Assembly (NCBI GenBank): GCA_964647565.1
Contig: CAZYIM010000012.1
Span: forward strand, 1-22,399
Direction: 5' to 3'
Origin: an uncultured Methanosarcinales archaeon
GTDB lineage: Archaea; Nanobdellota; Nanobdellia; Woesearchaeales; CAZYIM01
DNA length: 22,399 bases
Both the position numbers and the translations under genes were made by a program. This document shows, piece after piece, positions 1 to 9,840 of this stretch. The number at the start of each line of letters is the position of its first letter. Position 1 is the stretch's first letter. The notes beneath the pieces are model-generated. The model was not told where the DNA came from, did not search any database, and worked only from the letters and a program-made list of their open reading frames with translations.

Positions 1-556
1 ATGAAATATTAAAATCAAAAAAGTTTGATTTATTGGTTTTTGATTCATTAAGTAAAAGCATATTTTTAAGAACTTGATCAAAAGTACCTGGCGTCTGACG
101 AATAAAATCATGAATTTCTGCATTATGGCCATCAATGCTGAACATGATCATATCCCACTTCATCTTGATAATTTTGTTTATGTCAGATTCTGTCAATAAG
201 ACACCGTTGGTATTTATATTACCAAACATCTTCTTGGATTTGATCTTTTCCATAAGCTCTATTATTATCTTTTTTCGTATAAATGGTTCGCCACCTCCTG
301 AAATAAGCCATTTTCTTACACCCAATTTCGCGGATTCATCTACCAGGTCTAGTAATCTTTCATCAGATATCTCACACCACCTCTCCTGATGCTGATCGAA
401 TGAGGGCTTAATTTTCTTACGTTTTCTATATTCAATACGGGTTCCACACATTATACAATTAAGATTACATCTGTTGGTTGGATGTATCTCTATTGAAATA
501 GGGCCTTGGGGCTCATTAATAGCCCATCCAATAAGTCTGTTTACAGGTTCATCCAT
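1..556 (-). CDS. Radical SAM protein, Twitch-family paralog (3'-truncated by window edge; absent from ORF track)
   Basis: Manual translation from ATG at 556: MDEPVNRLIGWAINEPQGPISIEIHPTNRCNLNCIMC...SGGGEP...NTNG...KWDMIMFSIDGHNAEIHDFIRQTPGTF...; open to position 2. It has CxxxCxxC and the same RLxxW..P N-terminus as the other paralogs. Confidence 0.93.
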   Translation of the reverse strand, partial: MDEPVNRLIGWAINEPQGPISIEIHPTNRCNLNCIMCGTRIEYRKRKKIKPSFDQHQERWCEISDERLLDLVDESAKLGVRKWLISGGGEPFIRKKIIIELMEKIKSKKMFGNINTNGVLLTESDINKIIKMKWDMIMFSIDGHNAEIHDFIRQTPGTFDQVLKNMLLLNESKTNKSNFFDFNIS

Positions 557-569
557 TCTAAGCTTACCA

Positions 570-577
570 CACCTCCT
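570..577 (-). promoter_or_regulatory. Shine-Dalgarno-like site AGGAGGTG
   Basis: The plus strand reads cacctcct at 570-577, 13 nt upstream of ATG 556. The spacing is somewhat long. Confidence 0.5.
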
Positions 578-596
578 TTTACGGAAAAAATCTGAG

Positions 597-660
597 CTTT
601 AAAAGATTTTGGAAACATTTTGAGTGGATTTCTCCAGAAAAAAACATAACATTTAAAAAT
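597..660. promoter_or_regulatory. Divergent promoter region with TATA-like boxes
   Basis: TTTTAAAG on the minus strand (604-597) upstream of ATG 556, and TTTAAAAA on the plus strand (652-659) upstream of ATG 694. The AT-rich background lowers specificity. Confidence 0.35.
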
Positions 661-693
661 AAAAACACATTTTCACCACTATCCAGTACTAAA

Positions 694-2055
694 ATGGTTC
701 GTAAGCTAAAATCGTTGGGAAAATTATTGACATTCGGATTAAGTTCTCTATTCATATGCATGACTTCTTGCACAAAAAATATTCCATTTCAACCTGAAGA
801 TGAACTACTAAAACCAGGTATAGAACTTAACAAAATCAATCCCAATCAACCAAATACTGAAGATAATCTGGAAATGGCCATACAAGAATCCGACCAATAT
901 GACTTCTCATGGTATAAGAATGATTTAAAGTTATCTTCAAAAAACAGATTATTGACAAATAAAGTTATGAAGACAGACATATTATCAAGTTACACAGACC
1001 ACACAATAGAAGGATACACCTTCAGATGTGAGGCCGAAAATAAAGATGGGGCAACAGTTGAAGATTCTACAACAATAAATACAAAAAAATTAAATTTGGA
1101 AATAAAGGGAGTAAATATATTCAATCCCGGCCAAGAACCACCCCCTCGGATAGATGTGACCTTCAATACAGTTAATGAATTAAATCCCAACACTGCTTCT
1201 ATCTGGCAACTATATTTTCAAGATAATGAAAACTCAGAGGAAATTTTTGAACGGTATTCTGGTCATTTAACTCTTACTTTAACAGAAGATCATATAAGAT
1301 ATGAGATTAGAAAAGCAAAAGGATTGGGAATGAAGGTTATCACTTACCCAGTAATGGCACTAACATCGCCATCAGGAACTAACGGATATCATTATTGTAT
1401 TCCAGGATCATCTGGCTGGTTTGAAAATTACAGAAAAAAACTTGTAAAATTGGCTAATCTGGCTGAAGAAGAAAATGTTGACATGTTCTGCATCGGATCA
1501 GAATTGAGAATGTCAGAAAATAAAACGTCTGAATGGGAAAAAACAATACAAGAGGTCAAAAAAGTATTTTCTGGAGAAATTCTTTACTCTTTTCTTACCT
1601 GTCAGACAGAAGAGATAAACCAGATGAAAAATAGATCCTGGATCAAACATTTAGATTATATTGGATTCAGCAGTAATCTAGAAACTAGAGAAACCAATTA
1701 TGATCCTACAGTGTCATTCCTCACATCAAAATATTCTTTAATCCTTGATGAAATGGAAAATGTTTGTAATCTTCATAACAAAAAAGGAATAATAACTGAA
1801 ACTGGAGCTCGAAGCATTGATGGAGGAACAATAAGCCCCCGAGATTGGAACGAAAATGTGATGGATTTACAGGAACAGGCGGATTATTGTGAAGCGTTTA
1901 TGCGAGCAGTACAGGGAAGAACGACGTTTAAGGGTGTAATCTGGAATCATTTCCAAGTAGGCGGAGAGTTTAACACAGGAACAGATCATATGTATAATTA
2001 CAGCATTATTTGGAAACCTACTTTCAATGTACTGAAATCCTGGTTTAGAGATTAA
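694..2055 (+). CDS. Lipoprotein with C-terminal glycoside hydrolase family 113-like (clan GH-A TIM barrel) domain
   Basis: Signal peptide ending LFICMTS-C26. Motifs GMKVITYP, WFENYRKKLVKLANLAEEENVDMFCIGSEL (putative acid/base Glu), LDYIG, ITETGARS (putative nucleophile Glu) and DLQEQADYCEAF resemble GH113 beta-mannanase-like proteins. Confidence 0.75.
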   Translation: MVRKLKSLGKLLTFGLSSLFICMTSCTKNIPFQPEDELLKPGIELNKINPNQPNTEDNLEMAIQESDQYDFSWYKNDLKLSSKNRLLTNKVMKTDILSSYTDHTIEGYTFRCEAENKDGATVEDSTTINTKKLNLEIKGVNIFNPGQEPPPRIDVTFNTVNELNPNTASIWQLYFQDNENSEEIFERYSGHLTLTLTEDHIRYEIRKAKGLGMKVITYPVMALTSPSGTNGYHYCIPGSSGWFENYRKKLVKLANLAEEENVDMFCIGSELRMSENKTSEWEKTIQEVKKVFSGEILYSFLTCQTEEINQMKNRSWIKHLDYIGFSSNLETRETNYDPTVSFLTSKYSLILDEMENVCNLHNKKGIITETGARSIDGGTISPRDWNENVMDLQEQADYCEAFMRAVQGRTTFKGVIWNHFQVGGEFNTGTDHMYNYSIIWKPTFNVLKSWFRD

Positions 2056-3197
2056 TCAGTAAATTTATCATTTAGTGCTCTAAATTTGTCTCTGAGTCTT
2101 CTTCGATAGGTGATATCGCTGGGACAACATTTATGACAATGATCAAAAAGCTTTTTCTTGAGCATGTCCTTTCTGACTTGCTTCATCTTCCGACCATACC
2201 AGATTTCAGATAGGCTTTTTTCCTTGACATTATCTCCCTTGGTCAATAATCCACAATGTCCTGCAAGGCCATCAAACTTGATTGCCATATTATCGAATGG
2301 CTTGAAACATGTTGAGGAAAGGAAAGGATCTTTCTCAATGTCAGCATCATCCAAGATGACCTTAGATATCTTACCTGAACTCTTGACAAGATCCTGATCG
2401 AGATTGGTTCCATGAGCATAAAAGTTGTTATCTATCCTGTGCTTATAAGCCACAGTCTTTGCGTTTTCGATGATAGATGGTAAAAGATCTCTGTCCTCTT
2501 GGTCAAGCCTCAGATGCTCGCAGCCATTATGGAAAAGCATCAAGGGTTCAGTAAAGATATAAGAACACCCCAACGTGTGTGCAAATTCCACATAATCGAC
2601 TAAATGTTTATAATTCCTCTTGTTAATAATTACATTAAAATTAATCATGGGATCTGAACTTTTACGTTCTTTTTTGTACTCATTTAAGATTTTAACAGAG
2701 CGGATAGTTTTAACAAATGCACCTTTCTTGCCCCGCAGATGATCGTGGAGATCGGCTTTATGGCCATCGATTGAGAAATGAATTCTGTCCCAACCAATAT
2801 CCACAAGAGATTTAAGCTGTTCTTCTGTCCATAAGGTTCCATTTGTGGTCAAGATACCGAACATACCTCTTTCTTTAACACGTTTTAGCACAGGAATAAG
2901 TAGTTTTGGCTTTGCCAGGGGTTCATTAGCTCCCTCTATATTCCAAACCTTTACACCCAAGTCTGCTGCCTGATCTACCAGTTCAAGCCACCCCTTTATT
3001 TTCAAACCATATTTCCTGGTTTCTTTTACATGGTCTGAATCAGAACTCTGTCTACTGCAAGGAAGGCATCTCAGATTGCATATTTTGTGAAGTTCTACAT
3101 CTATCTGGAGGGGAGGTTGTTTTTCGCCTAAATACCAAGAGTAAAGACGTTTTATACGCTGCTTTTCAATAAGTGCAAATCTGGCTTCTGGTTGCAT
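2052..3197 (-). CDS. Radical SAM protein with Twitch (truncated SPASM) domain
   Basis: CNLRCLPC, GANEP, TTNG, GWDRIHFSIDG; C-terminal C-X17-C-X38-CxxCC. Confidence 0.93.
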   Translation of the reverse strand: MQPEARFALIEKQRIKRLYSWYLGEKQPPLQIDVELHKICNLRCLPCSRQSSDSDHVKETRKYGLKIKGWLELVDQAADLGVKVWNIEGANEPLAKPKLLIPVLKRVKERGMFGILTTNGTLWTEEQLKSLVDIGWDRIHFSIDGHKADLHDHLRGKKGAFVKTIRSVKILNEYKKERKSSDPMINFNVIINKRNYKHLVDYVEFAHTLGCSYIFTEPLMLFHNGCEHLRLDQEDRDLLPSIIENAKTVAYKHRIDNNFYAHGTNLDQDLVKSSGKISKVILDDADIEKDPFLSSTCFKPFDNMAIKFDGLAGHCGLLTKGDNVKEKSLSEIWYGRKMKQVRKDMLKKKLFDHCHKCCPSDITYRRRLRDKFRALNDKFTD

Positions 3198-3206
3198 TTT
3201 TATTGG

Positions 3207-4871
3207 TTAAATCTTTGTTGATTTTCTTTTATATATTTCAATAGTATATCTATGAGGGAGAAAATATACGTCATTTTTAATTGTATCTAATTTAGAGTAG
3301 GAATCCTTATCCTCAAAAAAGGAATTAATACAATCTTCTGCTGCAAAATAGTTCTCAGGTCTTGAGTCTATAATAGATTTGCCCTCAACCCAGAATAGAA
3401 AATAATCTGGTTTTTTATACTGATCGCGGTCACAGATCTTGGGAACGAGGTATTCTACCCCATATAATTCAACTAAAAATACTATTGGACTGAAATATTC
3501 AAAATCTGAGAGTAAAATCTCATATGATTTATTTTTATTCTCAACATCTTGAATTATACGTCTTAGGACTATATCTTGACCTAAAGATTTGTTCTGATAT
3601 ATAAAAACGCCATTACTCCATTCTTCAGACGTTACCCTATTACGAAATCTGAATCTATCAAAATATGTGTTCATCAAATCATTCGGATCGTCTTTTATCA
3701 AACTCATTGTGAGCTTACTGCTATAGCACAAAATAAAAAATTGGGAGATTCCGATCAGTACTATTATGGTGATAAAAATATTTCTCAAATGTTTTTTTGT
3801 TAACTGCATGACCGCAGCTGCAGTAATAATGGCAACAGGTATAACTAAGGGCATCATAAACCGCCAAGAACGGTTGTGTGATGCAATAAAAGTAAAAAAG
3901 ATATAAACAATGAACATTAGTGAAGTTAAGAACAATTTATTCTTTGAGCTGATTTTTTTATTAAACAGAAACATAATGAAGGTAATTAAGAAAATCGATC
4001 CAAAAAAATACAAAAGTTGATATTGAATAATTATCTTCGGCCAATAAAGAATGTTGGTAATATCAAACACACCATAAACTTGTTGAGTTGTCTGAAACTC
4101 TATTGACGTCTTCATCACACTTAAAATTTCTTCAGGATATCTAAAAAACCAAGTTAAGTATAAACCAACCGACAGGATGCTCGTAATTAATAAATTCTTT
4201 ATTTTCACTCGGAGTTTATTCTTTTCAGATTCAGAAATTAATTTGTGGAAAAAGATAAACAATACAGGACCTACTAAATATAATGCAGCTGTAGGTTTGA
4301 TTAAGGCAGTCAATCCTATGATTAAACCTAAAAGAATTGACTGCTTTGATTTTGTAAAGTTCTCTGTTTTGAGAAGCAAATACAGATCAAGGCATATCAT
4401 AGCGAGAAGTGCAAAATCACGGATATAAACTCTGGACATACCAAAAACCTGGGGATAAAAAGATACTAAAAATGCTGCCAGCAACCCTGTTTTTTCTGAA
4501 AATAATCTTGTGCCCAATAAAAAAGTACTTAATATGAGAAGGATGAAAAACATATTGTTAAGCATAAGTGCCCCGCCTACGCTACCACCAAAAGCGAAAA
4601 AGAATGGCTGGGTTATTAAATAAAATAAGGGCCCATAACAGGATCCGACCGGGCAATCAGACACTTTTAACACATTTAGCATATCTCCTTGTTTAAGAAG
4701 ATTATACATTCTCAAGCTAGTACTCAAATAAAACGCTGCATCTGCAGATGGAAGATTGTCATGTTTGCTCACTATATACAAATTATTCACCATATGGAAT
4801 AGAATTATTATGAATAAGATCAATAAGACTGCTTTTCGATTAAACGCGAATTGTTTAGACTTGTTGGGCAT
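3207..4871 (-). CDS. ArnT/PMT-like GT-C membrane glycosyltransferase
   Basis: About 11-13 hydrophobic helices, acidic first loop (PSADAAFY), YGPLFY, GLLAAFL..FYP.VFGMSR...DF, GLTALIK, RFMMP, and a soluble C-terminal domain ending IEIYKR. Confidence 0.85.
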   Translation of the reverse strand: MPNKSKQFAFNRKAVLLILFIIILFHMVNNLYIVSKHDNLPSADAAFYLSTSLRMYNLLKQGDMLNVLKVSDCPVGSCYGPLFYLITQPFFFAFGGSVGGALMLNNMFFILLILSTFLLGTRLFSEKTGLLAAFLVSFYPQVFGMSRVYIRDFALLAMICLDLYLLLKTENFTKSKQSILLGLIIGLTALIKPTAALYLVGPVLFIFFHKLISESEKNKLRVKIKNLLITSILSVGLYLTWFFRYPEEILSVMKTSIEFQTTQQVYGVFDITNILYWPKIIIQYQLLYFFGSIFLITFIMFLFNKKISSKNKLFLTSLMFIVYIFFTFIASHNRSWRFMMPLVIPVAIITAAAVMQLTKKHLRNIFITIIVLIGISQFFILCYSSKLTMSLIKDDPNDLMNTYFDRFRFRNRVTSEEWSNGVFIYQNKSLGQDIVLRRIIQDVENKNKSYEILLSDFEYFSPIVFLVELYGVEYLVPKICDRDQYKKPDYFLFWVEGKSIIDSRPENYFAAEDCINSFFEDKDSYSKLDTIKNDVYFLPHRYTIEIYKRKSTKI

Positions 4872-4884
4872 TTGTATACCATCT

Positions 4885-6108
4885 TCATGATTTTTTCTTT
4901 AAAAAAGGAAACTTAACTCCAATGCCACGAGGCTTATAAGTAGCTTTTCTAGGTTTCAAATACGTATCAAGTTCTTTTCTAATCTCCTGGACTTCAAACA
5001 CTCTCCAGACACAACAAGTAGCACATTCAGGGGGTAGCTTACGTGTCAATATCTGCTTTCTATACTGCTCAAAGTATGGACCGTACCAAAGCTCCTTCAA
5101 AGATTTATTTTTTATAGTGACATCTGTCTTCCAGACAAAATCATTGAAGCAAGCCGCAATATTTCCGTTTGCTATGATAGTTATGTGCGTCCACGGCTCA
5201 AAACAAGGTATTGATTTGAAGTTCTCAATAGGATCAGACTTAGTATCTTCGATGAGTTTCTCACCGTTTTCCATTTTTCTCCGTATTTTGATCTTGTCTG
5301 CCTCCTCCATCAATACCTCATGCATAGAGTTGGTCTTGTCAACATACCGCAAGTCTATGAATTTCTGCATGTTAGAATCTATCTTATATTTCTTAAGCAA
5401 GGGCAAGCAGGAGCTGATTATATCCTGGAACTCTCTCATCTGTTCCATGTTCATCTTGAGCTTTTCACCTTCCTTTGAAAAAACTGTCATTGGCAGCAAT
5501 AATATCTCATTACAATCCACCTCATTGGCAAGTTCCACAATATTTCGAAGATCTTTATAGTTCCTATTGGATATAACTGTATTGAATGAAATTCTTGGCA
5601 GATCTGACTTCTTCTTTTTCTTGAAATCTGATAACTGCTTGATGTTCTTGATGATACCATCGTAAGCTTCTGCACCTCTTAACTCGTTTTGCAGTTCTGG
5701 CGTCGAACCATCAATACTGACCTTTATTCTTGTCCACCCAATATCAACCAGGTTTTTAGTCATCTCAGGTGTCAGAAGGCTGCCATTCGTGACCAAATCC
5801 CCCTCCATACCATGCTTTCGGATTCGTTTCATGAGTTTAAAGGTTATTTCCCTGGATAGAGGTTCACCTCCGCCAACAAAAGCAATATCCCTGACTCCAA
5901 TCTCTGCAGCTTCATCTATCAGCTTAAGAAGACGCTGATCAGTCAACTCATTAGCATAGCGTTCCTTGAATTCTTTTTCTGAAACCGACTGTCGCCAACA
6001 ACTAGGACAATTGAAATTACATCTGTCTGTTGGAATAAGCTCAATGGTCACAGGAGGTTGAGGATTCCCCTTCGCCCACTCAATAAGACGTTTTGTTTTC
6101 AAGTTCAT
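4885..6108 (-). CDS. Radical SAM protein with Twitch domain (start more likely 6108 than 6153)
   Basis: CNFNCPSC, GGGEP, VTNG, GWTRIKVSIDG; C-X17-C-X41-CxxCC. MNLKTKRLIEW from 6108 aligns exactly with MDEPVNRLIGW of the 556 paralog and removes a 14-nt overlap. Confidence 0.92.
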   Translation of the reverse strand: MNLKTKRLIEWAKGNPQPPVTIELIPTDRCNFNCPSCWRQSVSEKEFKERYANELTDQRLLKLIDEAAEIGVRDIAFVGGGEPLSREITFKLMKRIRKHGMEGDLVTNGSLLTPEMTKNLVDIGWTRIKVSIDGSTPELQNELRGAEAYDGIIKNIKQLSDFKKKKKSDLPRISFNTVISNRNYKDLRNIVELANEVDCNEILLLPMTVFSKEGEKLKMNMEQMREFQDIISSCLPLLKKYKIDSNMQKFIDLRYVDKTNSMHEVLMEEADKIKIRRKMENGEKLIEDTKSDPIENFKSIPCFEPWTHITIIANGNIAACFNDFVWKTDVTIKNKSLKELWYGPYFEQYRKQILTRKLPPECATCCVWRVFEVQEIRKELDTYLKPRKATYKPRGIGVKFPFLKKKS

Positions 6109-6139
6109 TTTGAATCCATAATCAATTTTAAATTTATGA

Positions 6140-7078
6140 CTAAATAAGTCCATTATTTTCCAATTTTACAATTGTCATATCTGCAAGCATTTGATGCGCT
6201 TTTTTCGAAGGATGTACATCATGTCGGGAAATTATCATTTCTTGATTCCGACTATCAAACTCCCCAAAAGACATCCATAATATATTTTCTTCATCACACA
6301 AGTCTATTATTCTGTCCCCATAGGTCTTTGTATAATCAATCACAAATAAAACAAAATTATATTCCTGAGCCAGAGTCTTGAGCTCAAGAATGGGTTTCTT
6401 AATATTAACAAATTCACGATCAACATATGAGTCATTCATTAATATCTGTTCCTGGAATTCATTCTTGTATTTCTCCAACTCAGATTTCATATTGTACTCC
6501 TCTCCATCGGAAATGTGAATTTCATTTAAGGGTATTGGGTAAAAGATATCATCACCATTCACAACCACAGTAACTAATTCTGGTGAAAACTCAAGTCCTT
6601 TTAATTTTAAAAGCTCAGACTCCTGAAGAGTATTATAGCCAGGAATGCCAAAATTGAGAACTTCCCACGCGCCACCCGTTTTAGCTCTTAGCTGCGTCTC
6701 AAGTTGAAAAGGATATGTCTCATCCTCCTCCAATCCCTGACCAAAGACAAATGAGTCTCCAAGCACAATAATTCTTTTAACACTATCAGGTTTACGAAGA
6801 GTAACCTCTTTACCCCTAAAACCGTGAGAATTGGTTTTAATTACAGTTTCAGGAATGCGAACATAAAAACCATCAAACACTTGGGTATGATTTGGCTTTA
6901 GCACTTGACGAAGTATACTATTATTATGGAGTTCAAATGCCTCAAATATGTATCTTGGTTTTTTAGGGATATAATATGAATACCATAAAAAAATACACGG
7001 GATAATGATGAGTATACATATCAATAGAATCGCTAATTTGAATCCCCTTTGATTTTTTGATTTTTTGCTTGATATCAT
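6140..7078 (-). CDS. Membrane-anchored SGNH/GDSL hydrolase-like esterase or acyltransferase (start likely 7078)
   Basis: One N-terminal TM helix, NSHGFR, LGDSFVFG (catalytic Ser), NFGIPGY, DVHP (Asp-x-His). ATG 7078 forms an ATGA overlap with the upstream stop at 7077-7075. Confidence 0.87.
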   Translation of the reverse strand: MISSKKSKNQRGFKLAILLICILIIIPCIFLWYSYYIPKKPRYIFEAFELHNNSILRQVLKPNHTQVFDGFYVRIPETVIKTNSHGFRGKEVTLRKPDSVKRIIVLGDSFVFGQGLEEDETYPFQLETQLRAKTGGAWEVLNFGIPGYNTLQESELLKLKGLEFSPELVTVVVNGDDIFYPIPLNEIHISDGEEYNMKSELEKYKNEFQEQILMNDSYVDREFVNIKKPILELKTLAQEYNFVLFVIDYTKTYGDRIIDLCDEENILWMSFGEFDSRNQEMIISRHDVHPSKKAHQMLADMTIVKLENNGLI

Positions 7079-8205
7079 AGTTGTTTTTCCATCATTTCTC
7101 TGAGCCATCGTCTTTGAGTTGTATGGCTAGGATTACATTGCGCACAATAACGGGAGAGTTTTTTTGAAAGCAAGCTTTGTCTCAAATCAGCGAAAAATGA
7201 TCCATACCAAATATCTTCTAATGATTTATCCTTAATGTTCTCACCCTCATCTGTACAGACATCACAAGAGATTACCCTGCCATCTGCCTTGATACACATA
7301 TGGAACCAGGGATCGTAGCAAGGAACAGAAAGAAAGCTGTTTTCCTCGTATTTAGCCGCATCTTTTTTAACAACTTTATGCATAGAGGAGCTTTTTTCAA
7401 TCAGTTCTTCATCCAAATTGGATACAAGTGAAGTGAAGTTTCCATCTATCTTTAATCTTTTAGCGAGTGAGATCGCTTCTTTCAGGTATTTCTGGAACTC
7501 GAGTTGTTCTTTATCATCCAATTTGAGTTTTTTACCGTGCTCAGAATAAATTATCAAAGGTTCGATGAACATGTAACCAATACCCAATTTTTTGGCCAGC
7601 TTAACCTGATCAGGAATTTTCCTGTAATTCTTCTTCGAGAGCACAGTATTCATATTGATCTGCGGATTGTGTTTACCCAGTTTTTTCTTCAGAGCTTGGA
7701 TTTGCAAGATAGTGGCTGTTGCTTTATCAAATGCTCCTAGCAGCTGTCGCAAATAATCATGAGTTGCTGCATCAGGTCCATCAATAGAAAAATGTATCCT
7801 GTCCCAACCAAGTTCAACAAGCATTTTAATGTTATCATCAGACAGATTAGTGCCATTAGTCGTTAGAATTCCAAACATATCGTGCTTCTTTATCTCCTTA
7901 ACAACCGGAATGAATAATTCTTGTACAAATGGAGGATCACCACCTCCTGCAACGTGCCATTGCCAGACACCAAGCTTTGCAGCCTGTTTTACAATATCAA
8001 CCCATTGATTAGAGTTCATCTCTATGGTTTTGGAAAAATCGTCTATAGCCCCGAATTTTTCATCATGACGTCGAGAGCAGGACAGACAGCTAAGATTACA
8101 TCGCCTATGCAACTCAATATCTACTTTAATAGGACCTGCAGTCTCTCCCTTAGACCAATCAAACAACCTGATTATCTTTTCCTTCTCAATATCAGTCTCG
8201 TCCAT
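7075..8205 (-). CDS. Radical SAM protein with Twitch domain
   Basis: CNLSCLSC, GGGDP, TTNG, GWDRIHFSIDG; C-X17-C-X39-CxxC plus extra Cys in HMCIK and CDVC. Confidence 0.93.
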   Translation of the reverse strand: MDETDIEKEKIIRLFDWSKGETAGPIKVDIELHRRCNLSCLSCSRRHDEKFGAIDDFSKTIEMNSNQWVDIVKQAAKLGVWQWHVAGGGDPPFVQELFIPVVKEIKKHDMFGILTTNGTNLSDDNIKMLVELGWDRIHFSIDGPDAATHDYLRQLLGAFDKATATILQIQALKKKLGKHNPQINMNTVLSKKNYRKIPDQVKLAKKLGIGYMFIEPLIIYSEHGKKLKLDDKEQLEFQKYLKEAISLAKRLKIDGNFTSLVSNLDEELIEKSSSMHKVVKKDAAKYEENSFLSVPCYDPWFHMCIKADGRVISCDVCTDEGENIKDKSLEDIWYGSFFADLRQSLLSKKLSRYCAQCNPSHTTQRRWLREMMEKQL

Positions 8206-8211
8206 TTTGTA

Positions 8212-9840
8212 TTAATTTATTTCGTGCCCATGTTTCTTGATATATTCTCTGATCTCTTTTTTACTATCAAAAATAGAGTAGAGATAAAATATTTTATAAA
8301 AATGAATGTTCGAATTATCAAATTGATTATTAAGTTTTTTCCTGAGATTAAAATACATATTAAACGAACTTTGCAGCTGCTTTTTCTTTTTTGCCCAAGT
8401 TAATCCATTTATTTCATCAAAGGCAAGCCCTTCACAACTATCGTCTTTTTTATCTTGAATATTCTTAATTCCATATCGCGAGGGATATTTGGTCAGCTTG
8501 CTAGGAATAAGATAGAACTTGGTAATATAGAAATAGTCCAGATATTTCCTGTTTTTTTCAATGAACTGCACTGTCAATTTCCTGTCTTGTTCGTTTTCAT
8601 GTGGTAGGCCACTAATCAGTTCCAGCTCGTTCCAAATATTCAGTTTATCTGCATACTTAAGCATTGCTGAAGCCTGTATTAGATCGATGTTTTTTTCTAG
8701 ATATTTTTGCATTTTAGGTGAAGCACACTCTAAACCATACAAAAGCCTAGTTGCACCGGCTCTCTGTAACTTTTCCAATAAAGGTTTATCCAGATGTTTA
8801 AATGTTGCACAATCAAACCATTTCAAATCAAGATCCTGCTTGATGATTTGATCTGCTAACTGTCGTGCATAAATCTTGGTAGGATTAACACAGGTATTCA
8901 TGAACATAAACTGCTTGGTATTATATTTCCTCGAGAGATGTTTAAGGTCTTGGGCTACATCCTCTGGTTTCTTTACAATGAATTTATCTGTAAAAGAGTC
9001 CTTACAGAATATGCAATTATTTGGGCAACCCCAGGTGAAATAATATGGTAATATCAGGATCTTCTTGTTAGACAACTTATTTTCTTTAACATCTCGGGGA
9101 ATAAATCTATAAAGGTCCAAAGGCAAGCCATCGAAATTAGGTAACGGAAGAAGGACCTCTTTAGTATGATATGTCATAGGAGGTTTTCTAATTCCAGACT
9201 TGCTGCGATCAATTATGTCTAAAAATTTTCTAATCCTTTTTTCATTGAAAATAGTATCTTCAAAAAGAACATCTTTAGGAACAATCCCTTTTTGGAACGC
9301 ATATAATAATCTTGCAATCTGTAAATGGTTACTTCGAAACCAGAATATATCGATAAAAGGAATTTGCTTTAAAGGAATAGTACCTATAGTTTTTTCAAAT
9401 CGTGAACCTCCCAAGATGATTAAGGATCCCGTTTCCTCTTTGATTATTTTTGAGAGAACTATTGCAGCACCCATTGGTTCAAATGTCCAGCAGTCGACAA
9501 ACGAAAAACCCACCACATCAATATGTTTGTATTTGGTTTTCTTTAGTATCCTATGCCCAGTTTCCTCTAACTGGTCATCATTACCAGTTTTTATGAATCT
9601 AGCTATTCTTTGTCTATCAGTAAAAACTGACATGTCAACCTTTTTTTTTAGATCTTTACTATTTTTATTATCATGAAAAACTTTTATCCCGAGATCGTCC
9701 AGCTCAACTTTAGCACCATAAGATTCTAGAAATGATTTGATTATGGGTAAGCTAATAAGGGGTAACCTTGCAGGTTCTTTTTGGTGGCCGAGTATTGAGT
9801 CCCCGAACAAGTCCGGCAAATAGAATAATTTGGCCTTCAT
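8212..9840 (-). CDS. Cobalamin (B12)-binding radical SAM protein, divergent
   Basis: N-terminal Rossmann-like motifs (LPLISLPIIKSFL, DVVGFS, IILGG), PNFDGLPLDLY, WGCPNNCIFC, AGA..L.YGLE, GLPHE. ATGA overlap with the upstream gene. Confidence 0.82.
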   Translation of the reverse strand: MKAKLFYLPDLFGDSILGHQKEPARLPLISLPIIKSFLESYGAKVELDDLGIKVFHDNKNSKDLKKKVDMSVFTDRQRIARFIKTGNDDQLEETGHRILKKTKYKHIDVVGFSFVDCWTFEPMGAAIVLSKIIKEETGSLIILGGSRFEKTIGTIPLKQIPFIDIFWFRSNHLQIARLLYAFQKGIVPKDVLFEDTIFNEKRIRKFLDIIDRSKSGIRKPPMTYHTKEVLLPLPNFDGLPLDLYRFIPRDVKENKLSNKKILILPYYFTWGCPNNCIFCKDSFTDKFIVKKPEDVAQDLKHLSRKYNTKQFMFMNTCVNPTKIYARQLADQIIKQDLDLKWFDCATFKHLDKPLLEKLQRAGATRLLYGLECASPKMQKYLEKNIDLIQASAMLKYADKLNIWNELELISGLPHENEQDRKLTVQFIEKNRKYLDYFYITKFYLIPSKLTKYPSRYGIKNIQDKKDDSCEGLAFDEINGLTWAKKKKQLQSSFNMYFNLRKKLNNQFDNSNIHFYKIFYLYSIFDSKKEIREYIKKHGHEIN

